From Lytechinus pictus (taxonomy: Eukaryota), in the NCBI RefSeq assembly GCF_037042905.1, contig NC_087251.1:11658001-11722000 (forward strand): a stretch of DNA of 64,000 nucleotides. The letters are read 5' to 3'. Positions 54,142-64,000 of the stretch are shown one piece after another. Under the pieces are notes generated by a model. It made no database searches. It was not told where the DNA came from and was given only the letters and a program-made list of their open reading frames with translations. The position numbers and the translations under genes are program-made. Numbering within the stretch: position 1 is the stretch's first letter; each line of letters begins with the position of its first letter.

Positions 54142-55614
54142 TAATCTTTTTTATTTTCCCCATGGAGGGTTTGCAGCCATTGAATGGGAGTAGTTTTACT
54201 GGAGTGTAGGAAGATATTGGTCCCAAATGGTCTTACATCCATGTTTGTTTTGTCATTAATACCTCTTTCCCCATCTCAAGCCTTTTGGCCAGCCATTATT
54301 TTTATTTAAAATCATTTGTGCTGGTCAAAAGGGTGGTTCAGATCAGAGGGACATTTTATAAAGCTGTTTGTGAGTTACACATGACGAAACACTTGATCGC
54401 TGACCCTTTTGGGGGGCTATAAATTGAGATACCCAAAATTTTAATGGGAGGGCATGTCCTACAAACCCTAATCAAACTTTGAAAATATTGACATTTCTCT
54501 TCAGATGCATGTTAGAAGTATTTATTTTAATCTACAGATTAGATTTCAACTTTCAGGCTGCTGAGAATAGAAATGGTTAATGATCGTATCTCTCACCTCA
54601 AAAAGGGTCACCAGTCATACGTAACTTACAAACAGCTGTACTGAACAGCTCCCAGAGCTAATTCTACTGGAAAGCATGGAAAGCTTTAGCCCAGTCTGAA
54701 TGAAAAAAAAATGGCACTCTGGCTGGCCAAAAATTTCAGGCAAATTTTTATACAAAAAATGGTGAGAAACTTTCAGCTTACTCGAGTATTAGCAATGTGA
54801 AATACATGTGTTGGACAGATATTAGCTGGCCAAAGTCTTGAACTAGGTAGGAAAGCAGTACATTCACACCATTCTTCATTTAGGTACCTGTTGGTTGTCT
54901 TTTAAAAGTTATAACCTCAATTTTAATGAACTATGAAGAAATGCACCTCCTAATGTGACCTTTCCAGAGATGTATATGTACAAAATATTGTAAGCAAATA
55001 TGGATTATACAAAGATGGATGTAGTACCTTTTGAAACTGAACTCTCCATAATTGAAGAAGCTACTTTGCTTAAATTGTAATGGCCGACTTGATAATGTGC
55101 AAAACAAACTATACAGGTCATTAATTCTATTGAATAGCCTTCACTTACATGGTATACATTTCTTTCGTTTTTTTTTTTTTTTTTCTGTCATGCGGGAAAA
55201 TCCATATGGAGGATAAGGAAAAAAATGGTATGAAATTTCAATTTATATAATTGGTTAGTCCAAAAACAGAAATTATTTTTGAAAGGGAAACTTGATTTAC
55301 CCAAAAGACATAGTATTGTCATAGCCGAGAGAGCATTCAAGGTTCGGGGGGGGGGGGGGTCATTACTTTATAATTGGAATTTACACAGTTCTAAAATGAT
55401 TACTGATGGATTTCTTCTCTCTCTCTCTCTCTCTCTCTCTCTTAGCAAGAAGCTTTTGTAAATTGTGTTATGATGTTATATATATTTTAAATTTGTTTGT
55501 TCCCTGTATAATTTCTTAGACCTTCAATATGAAAATTTGTTTTTCCCCAAATTATTAATCAAAGAATAATAAAAGTATTAATAGGTGAATTGTCATATGT
55601 ATGACGGACCACCT

Positions 55615-55782
55615 TATGATGATGATAACAATGACGATAATGATGATGATGATGATGATGGATTTGATGATGAAGATGATGATAATGATGATGATGATGA
55701 TGATGATGATGATAATGGATGAGGATGATGATGGTGGTGGTGGTGGTGGTGTTGATGATGATGATGATGAAATGATGATGGC
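55615..55782. repeat. (ATG)n/(GGT)n microsatellite
   Basis: Visible trinucleotide runs. Confidence 0.95.
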
Positions 55783-57192
55783 AAATTCATGATAGTTGGG
55801 AACATCTTAAGAGTATGTCGTCTGCGGTTCATATTAAGTGGAAATCCCTAAGCTGCTTGAATAATGCTCTCTGGGTTATAACCAAAGACTTAGAAACCCA
55901 TTAGTATAATGTACAGTTCTTATTCTTTATCTTCTCTTGAATTTATTGCTATTTATTATGCAGTACCAAGTAATGCAGTTTTATACATTGACATGTTGTT
56001 AAAATGTTCCATGACATATTGTTGTGAACAAGGTGGCCATATCCCCCCCCCCCCATCTCATCTTGCAAAGAGGCAAAGAAACAAGAAAGAACTATATAAA
56101 TGTGAGAGGTCTGAGTTGTGTAACTCAATAATACCCTTGTAATTATGAGAAGAAAAAAAACCTTAATGTAACCCCCCATTGGAATTCCCCGGTGCTCCCC
56201 CTGGTTGTGAAACCAGAATGTATATAATATGAAAACAACAACTGAGAATCAGAAGGATAATCCTCAGTTGTGTATTTGATCTGGATGATAGCTATATCCT
56301 TTTGAAAATTTACATTAATATTCATCAGGGATTCTAAGAAGTTGAATAAAATCTAATCCATCTTAAAAATTATTTGCTATTAGGAGATGGCTATTGGTTT
56401 TCACAATGAGAGAGGAAGGGGCAATCAACTATATTGGTGTGTACACACATGTGACCAAAGGGGCTTCTTTTTCTCTCTTTTATATCGGAAGAAATATCTA
56501 TGTCACAATCTTGTATCCATTTTGAAAATTAAAAGAAGATGGAAATAATTCATTATTTTATGTTGTAGCAAATGTGATCTTGTTTTACATCTATTTCAGT
56601 TTAAACTATGAAGAAAACATATTTTAAAATGCTCATCCCATTCATATATCAGTGTACTTGGGTGTGTTTTTAATGATCATATCATTTATCTTAGAGAAAA
56701 GAAGTGTTACAAGACATTAGTATGCCATCAAGATTCTTCTAAATTTAGTGAATTTTGCAGAAAGGAATTGTCACATTCAAACCCCATGTGTGGCGTTAGG
56801 TAAAAGTGCGAAGTCATTTAGACATATCCCAGGTGCTTTTCTTATCAGCCATTTTCCATAGGTTGAATGACAGTTTGTAGGTATTTATGTACCAATAATT
56901 CCTTGATCAGCTTTATGTTGATTATACCAGTGCACCTGTCATAGATTTGAAACAAGAGAGAAATTGTATAAGATAGAATTATATATTCATGTGTATGTGT
57001 ATATATATATATATATATATATTCATGCCTACATCCTACGAAAGGGCGAAGTCTATGAATGGGTTTATTCCGTCATAATACACATATAGACGTAAAGACG
57101 AAGGTAGAGGGCGTTAAGGCGCATTACGAACAACAAAAGAAGACGAAAAAATTTGCCTTAAAAACAGATGTAGAGAAATATATATACCTATA

Positions 57193-57228
<36 letters not shown>

Positions 57229-57783
57229 TTGAATATCAGGGTGAATTTTAGGACAAACTCTGAGATTTCCTTCAAAATTTCATAATTTGATTTTGGTCAA
57301 GAGTTTTTTTCTGCCCCTAAGAGGTGTGACCCTGTGCAAGAAAGGAGGACATGATGAATCACTCACGCCTTGAGCATAGTTTTCTCTAACCATCTCTGGA
57401 TGCTGTTTTCTAAGGATTTTGAATAAAGAGTATAAGAGGATACACTGTTCTTGTACAGCCTGTGATATCTTACATGATTATAATGCTCTTCCAAAGGCCT
57501 TAGACATTCTTGATTTCTTTTGCACTGACAGTCATGACAGTAATAATATTGCATATTTTGTTAAACCATTGCACATATCTAGTAGAGTGTAGTAGACTCG
57601 GTACTGAAAGTGCTCCAATATCACCACTTTCTAGCTGGGTGACAGTGAATAGTATTCACATTATTCAAGGAATTCTGTAGTGATGGTATCAAGTTTCAAC
57701 TTGGTGGAGAAAGCTAAATATAGTTTAACATCAAGCCCATTTCCATTGTAGGCACTGTGGTGGGATTGGAACCCATGACCTTA

Positions 57784-59753
57784 AGGGGCTTTCACATCGA
57801 AGGTTGCATGGAGTTGCATAGAGACTACGCAACACTACACCGCCACTTGTTTTGCATACGCTAGTCTACGCAAGTCTACGCAAGTGGGTACGCGGGAGGA
57901 ACGCAGAAAAGAAAATTAAACATGTTTAATTTTTTGGCGTACTGTTGGCGTAGAGCCAGAGAACGCAGGACATACGCAACTGTACGCCACTCCTACGCAA
58001 CACTACGCCAAAATGCCCCGGTTTCTCAAAACGCCTTTTTTGGAATGGCGTAGTGTTGCATATAGACCGACGTAGACTTGCGTAGACCTGGCGTACTCAT
58101 GCTGGATCCTACTGTTTCTCATCAGGTTTTTGCTAATTGTGCCGTCAGTCACGATAAAAGCTCTGTCACAACCAAATCAGCACTGCACTTGATTTGAATG
58201 CTTGATTGTTCTGTCCATATTGATGCAAGATGCCAAAAAAAATAAGACCAGGAGGGTCAAGAAATATCCTGTCCTTTCTGTTTCAAGTGACCAAGGTGGA
58301 GATTCACCTGCACCACAATCTGAAAATAGTGATGCAGCTAGCGACGAAACTCCAAAACAACAAGAAAAAGAGACAGGCAAAACAATCAAGGTACTTTGTA
58401 GATCAAAACAGAAAATTGAAATCAGAAATACTTAGTGGGCTTTTTCTGATTTCTCATTCTAAATTTGTGTTTTTATAATATCAAAAACAAAATCAGAACA
58501 CGGTTTCAGCTCTGTGGTTCTGATTGCAAAAAAGCAAATCGCAACACGCTTTCCGCTCCGTAATTCTGTTTTCGGACAACCTCACCGCAAACATCAAAAT
58601 TGACGTCGGCTCTCTGATTTTTGATTTGCTTTTTGTTCATTAATATTAAAGAACACCATCTACGTCAACAAAATGTTTGAAGCGCCAAATTTCATAATTA
58701 TCTTGATATAATTCAAAGTAAACCACCGTTCTAGCATATATACTGGCAAGCATATGGGTGTCGATCTGTATTCATGGTTGGGGGCTGCTTTGTTCACTTG
58801 TGAGGGATCTATTTTTTTTTATAGCTTTTATTTTTTTAGTTTGGGCGGAGGTCAGTGGCGTAATGAGACTAAAGTTTTCGAAGCAAGACACGACAAAAGG
58901 GCAAAATAATTTCAAATTAAGTGAGTGATCGAGGGAAGCGAGCGAGCCAAAAATAGCTTTTTAATACATAAATCAATTTGTTATGACGGATTTTGTCATG
59001 ATGTTTAAAACATATATCATATCATAATCAGTTGCAAAAATTTGGTTTATCTATTTAAAAGGCTATTTTTGGCTCGGTCGCTTCCCTCGCTCGCAGCATT
59101 GTGAAATTAATTTAGCCCTTTATGTCGTGTCTTGCCCCGAAAACTTCAGAATGGACTTAACAGACGACTCATTATATTCTTATCCTACTTCACAGCAGTA
59201 CAGTGTTCCGGACAGCAGCAAAGAGTTTTTTTATTTATGTATTTATTAAAAGTCAATGCGTAACATATAATACTAGTACACAATATATAACTAAATCTCC
59301 AATGTTTAGAAATAAAACAGATCAAAGAAAGTTAAAATATGTACACGTAATTGAAATTATTTGAAAAAAGGAAAAAAATGATTATAACAATAATAAAAAG
59401 GCAGAGTAAACGACATAAAATAGACAACAGTATATTTAAAATGAATAAATCTATGAAGCAAGAATCTCGAGAATGAATTACTTCAAAATCTTAAAAGCTT
59501 GTTGGGCTCCTGGGGACAGGAGAAAAAGCAAAGAGCAGCAAAGAGTCGCTAGAGAAAATTTATAAAGCAGGGGATGATATAGGCCTACTGTATTTTGTTT
59601 CCGCAAAGATGCCATACGCAACCGTACGCAACGCTACGTAGACAAGTTACGCGACACTATGCTCTCCTACGCAGGGACTAAGCCGATGAGAACGCAGCGA
59701 ATTTTCGCGTACTCCCTATGCAACTCTACGCAACCTTTGGTGTGAAAGCCCCA
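57784..59753. mobile_element. PIF/Harbinger deletion derivative, ~2 kb, with internal insertions
   Basis: TTA|AGGGGCTTTCACA...TGTGAAAGCCCCA|TTA; subterminal tacgc repeats; host unit reconstituted on removal. Confidence 0.88.
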
Positions 59754-59889
59754 TTATGGTTCAGTGGCCTTAAAGTCATCATCCTTAGTGTTTTCAAGGA
59801 ATGTCATAGTATACATGTATCTAGCCCACGGACACTGTAAGCACTGTGGTGGCATTGGAACCCATGACCTCATGGTTCAGTGGCCTTAA

Positions 59890-60283
59890 AGATAAATTCC
59901 AGTAGTTGCAGTAAACACTGATTTCATGAGAAAGTCTGTAAAACCAGGTTTAATTGTCAGTATATCATCGAGGATCTAGATCTGGTACAGTTACATAAAC
60001 TGAACTTTGTGAAATCTTGAAATCTACGCTGAAAAATGTTCACACTGAAGATCACAAACACAGATAGGCACACGTGGGACAGTGTATTATTATTGCTGGA
60101 ACAAAGACCCGACGGAAGTGACCGAATCCGCGCTTATTTTGCTTATTTCTCAGCAATTACACAATTTCTTCCAGAATCCTTTGGCACATATTTTTTATTC
60201 ATACAAACAGACACTTGGGTGGTCATTATATTAGATTCTGTAAAAAGTCATTTTGAGATCGTTACCAAAACTGGAATTTATCT
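59890..60283. mobile_element. Kolobok-like MITE, 394 bp
   Basis: ggccTTAA|AGATAAATTCCAG...CTGGAATTTATCT|TTAAagtc; empty sites in neighbouring units. Confidence 0.92.
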
Positions 60284-61753
60284 TTAAAGTCATCATCCTT
60301 AGTGTTTTCAAGGAATGTCATAGTATACATGTATCTAGCCCATGGACACTGTAAGCACTGTGGTGGGATTGGAACCCATGACCTCATGGTTCAGTGGCCT
60401 TAAAGTCATCATCCTTGGTGTTTTCAAGGAATGTCATAGTATACATGTATCTAGCCCATGGACACTGTAAGCACTGTGGTGGGATTGGAACCCATGACCT
60501 CATGGTTCAGTGGCCTTAAAGTCATCATCCTTGGTGTTTTCAAGGAATGTCATAGTATACATGTATCTAGCCCACGGACACTGTAAGCACTGTGGTGGGA
60601 TTGGAACCCATGACCTCATGGTTCAGTGGCCTTAAAGTCATCATCCTTAGTGTTTTCAAGGAATGTCATAGTATACATGTATCTAGCCCACGGACACTGT
60701 AAGCACTGTGGTGGGATTGGAACCCATGACCTCATGGTTCAGTGGCCTTAAAGTCATCATCCTTGGTGTTTTCAAGGAATGTCATAGTATACATGTATCT
60801 AGCCCACGGACACTGTAAGCACTGTGGTGGGATTGGAACCCATGACCTCATGGTTCAGTGGCATTAAAGTCATCATCCTTGGTATTTTCAAGGAATGCCA
60901 TAGTTTTCACTATGCTGACTTTAACATGCCTTACATGAAAAAGAATCCTACCATGTCAGTCATTGGTGGTAATCATAGATCGAATGTTCTTGCCAAAGGA
61001 TATTGATATTTGGTTCTATGCTAGGAGTTGACCCATGTGACAGTGCTGATACACTATTGGCAAATTACAGTGATCAGAAAAATTTCTCATTCAAAATATC
61101 ATGCCACCTTATTTAATTATTCCTTAATACATATAAGACATTAAAAGAAAAATCGCATTATTTTAAGCATTTGTTTTTAAGCATTTGTAATGATTAGACC
61201 TGTTTGGGGTTACAAAAAGAAATATTGTAGCTAAACTCATTTGACTGTAAACATGGACTGTTTTCTTAGCCAATGTACTCTTTAAAATCCAACAGTGGTG
61301 TGTTTATGTACTGCATTCAAACTTTTTTTGTGAGTTAGACCAAAGTGGTCATCTCTGCAATGCAAGGTCTCTTTCGTCTTTCATACAGATTTCATTCTAT
61401 TAAAAGGTCATGGAAACTGTCAATGACAGAGTTTGCACCTCCAGCATGTTAAGCTATAAGACACAGACAAGGGATACAGGTTCTATAATTATCTTATCTG
61501 CCAACCCTACCCCACCCTGGCTGTTTTTTCTGGCTTGGGGTCTTACAGACATGGGATTCCCTGGCCCGTATGACGAGTGTCTTATGAAGCAGAGAAACAC
61601 CCTGCTAAATGAGACCCTTCCGTTCTCAAATTGGACGCACTTGCTCTAGGTTTCCTGTTTATCAGTCAGCCCAGCTTCCCTCATTCCCAAACCTTTCTTC
61701 CTGTAGTATCATAATCTCCTTAGTTTCTTTTCTTTTCTTTTTTTTAATCATAG

Positions 61754-61819
61754 GATGAGGTAGCACACACATTGACAGAGAATAGAGTGTTACAGAAGAC
61801 AAGCCACCCCTTTTTAACG
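61754..61819 (+). CDS. AKT: Akt coding exon 6, alphaC helix (DEVAHTLTENRVLQKTSHPFLT)
   Basis: Long T tract plus catag acceptor, ACG|gtaggt donor, 66 nt. Manual translation. Confidence 0.97.
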
Positions 61820-62486
61820 GTAGGTTACTCAGCAGGTTACTCAGCAGGTTTTCCGCCTTTCCTAATTGTTGCAAGGCAGCTATCAGAATTTGGAGGGCAT
61901 TTAAAAAAATGTGATATTATGTAAATCAGTTTGAGACCCCAAAATCAGTTATAAAAATCTTGCAAATAATTGCAAATAATTGAAAATTTGCGATTGTATT
62001 TTGCTTTTTGTATACTAGTAATAGTAAGTATGGATATAATTGCTTTAGATTTTGAATTTCAGTACTCTTGTAATTTGCAATCAATAGCATATGAGAAAAA
62101 AAAATACCACCAGCAAATTTGAAAGAAATTTATATAATTGGTATTACATGAGAAAGAAAATAGCTTTTAAGAAAGAATTGAAGTTTTAGCAACCTGATGA
62201 TTGCATTAGCACATTGTGTAATGATAAACGTTTCCCTTTAATGCACGTTTCCTTCTACCACTAAGAATGCACGTGGGAGTGTAGTGTACATGACTCATGG
62301 TATGTATGTCATGTCATTGAAAAACAACAAGATTGAAATGTACTCGCCCAATCTGAGCCACTACACAAACAAAAGTCTTTTAGTCTGGCTGATGAAAATC
62401 TATTTTCAATATTTCAGTTGAGAAATTAATTTCCCCTAAATATTTATATATTATTATTAGTAGTAGTATTATGTGTAATTACATGT

Positions 62487-63217
62487 AACTCGGCCGCTGA
62501 TGCGCGATCGCCGTGAAAATTTGCACGCGCGTAGAGCCGGATGTAAACTACAAGACTGTATGGTAAAATTTTCAAAAAATTAATTGTATATATTTTTTAT
62601 TGATTAATTATGAAAATAAGCGTATGAAATTTGCCCTAAATTTGTTTTTTGTGTATGTTTTTGCGTATGTTTTTTTTTTACTCAATTTATATAGCTAGTA
62701 GAATGCTAATTTTTGGTGGTAGTATCAGTTATTACATTTCTAACAAATATCTACAAAAAAATTGCAAAAATATAATTAATTTCTCACGTATTTCATTGTT
62801 TTTTAAATTCTTATGTATTTCTTTTTATTTTTTCAAACCTTTGTTTTCTATTGTTTCTTGCGATGAACTTTGTCGGGGACCCTTTTGCGATCATAAATAG
62901 CATAAAATAAATCCGTTTAAACCAACAAAAGTATAAAAAAATCATACATTTATGATTTTTGGTTGAAAAACACAATTTACATTGACTTTGTACACGGAAT
63001 CATGTTTTTGACCAATTTCAGGTCTGACATGCACTTACAAAATGTTTCGTAATTTTGGAATAGCATACCCAGGCGTCGCAAATTCTGTCTCAAAAGATGC
63101 GCAAGACTCGAAAGTAAAAAGTTCGCAAAAGGCGCGGTCAAAAAATTTCGCGTGGCGGCGTAGTGACAAAATTTGTCAAAGGGGGGGGAAATTGACCCCC
63201 CCCCAGTTTATTACGGG
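62487..63217. mobile_element. piggyBac-like MITE, truncated, inverted relative of 52157-52920
   Basis: Ends ...CGGG|TTAA; blocks ggtctgacatgcacttaca and gactcgaaagtaaaaag are reverse complements of 52255-52345. Confidence 0.75.
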
Positions 63218-63522
63218 TTAATCTGAGCTGCCATACAAATAAGGAACTTTGAGTGATGATATTTCCATTTTCAATATTAGTTGAGAAAAAAACAATAATT
63301 GATAATGTTCTGTACATTGAATTTCATATTGTTATTGTGATCAGTTGACTACTTTTTTTAATGTTTTTTTTTTAAGATGACATTTTTAAAAATTTGATAT
63401 TTAAATTAAGACCAAAAACAGTTTCTAACTCATTTTACCATCCTGATTAGATATGGTGGGATAAATTAATTGAAAGAATACTAATTTTGTCATTATACCA
63501 TTCTTTCTTTTCTCTTTTGCAG

Positions 63523-63714
63523 TCCCTTAAGTATTCGTTTCAAACGCCTGATAGACTCTGCTTTGTGATGGAGTATGTAAATGGAGGTGAACTCTTCTTT
63601 CATTTATCACGGGAAAGGGTGTTTTCAGAGAACAGGACACGTTTCTACGGTGCAGAGATTGTCTCGGCCCTCAGCTACCTTCATGAACAGAATGTCATCT
63701 ATAGAGATCTCAAG
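63523..63714 (+). CDS. AKT: Akt coding exon 7 ([34 protein letters not shown]...NVIYRDLK)
   Basis: ttttgcag acceptor, AAG|gtacaa donor, 192 nt. Confidence 0.97.
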
Positions 63715-64000
63715 GTACAAAATCAGGGGAAACGGTTTGGGAGGAGAATATATATATTTAAGAGGGAAAAATGCAACTTGCTTAATGAAAAAAGCATTTC
63801 TGGCTTGCATCTAGTAAGTAAGATTGCATGTTCAATCAGCAAAATATATAAGTTGGAAGACAATCTTAGAGCCAGCAGGATTTGAACCTCTGTTTACTGG
63901 ACAGCGACTCTACCACCAGGCCAATCATTATTGGTCCATTGCACAGTCACAATGAACTACGAAGACATACCACACGACTCCTCTGATTTTAGTCTGACTT

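Larger units (their letters stand above)
57752..60902. repeat. 116-bp tandem array (7 units), two units split by transposons
   Basis: gcactgtggtgg recurs at 57752, 59841, 60355, 60471, 60587, 60703 and 60819. Confidence 0.92.

Noticed and set aside
55601..55832. Poly-Met and poly-His/Ser ORFs
   Set aside because: Translations of an (ATG)n microsatellite.
59841..60902. CRISPR-like regular array
   Set aside because: Whole units are near-identical with no unique spacers, there are no cas genes, and the context is a eukaryotic intron.
63715..63885. C-terminal extension of the 132-aa ORF
   Set aside because: Intron read-through past the AAG|gt donor; Akt continues LEN in a later exon outside the window.

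Overview
AT-rich eukaryotic genomic DNA, probably an invertebrate deuterostome such as a sea urchin (inferred from the repeat landscape and Akt sequence, not proven). The window lies inside one + strand gene, Akt/PKB (RAC Ser/Thr kinase). Seven coding exons with GT-AG boundaries and matching phases join into a stop-free 834-nt (278-aa) frame covering the PH domain, linker and kinase domain up to YRDLK. The 5'UTR exon/promoter and the C-terminal exons lie outside the window. The introns, including one of 31 kb, are packed with non-autonomous DNA transposons, often nested: Kolobok/T2-like TTAA MITEs, hAT-like elements with 6-bp TSDs, PIF/Harbinger, Tc1/mariner, piggyBac-like, Sola-like, Helentron/HINE elements with ~150-157-bp AGGTCA-rich tandem units, and tRNA-derived SINEs. 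Most interesting signals: a recursive-splice-type site at exon 2; HINE tandem units that read as exon/intron cassettes and carry perfect DR1 motifs, all in the same orientation; inverted TE pairs bracketing exons (dsRNA/circRNA potential); three independent 6-bp-TSD insertions; and a decayed Zn-finger/SAP-like relic. No prokaryotic systems were seen. Nearly all ORF-track entries are spurious.
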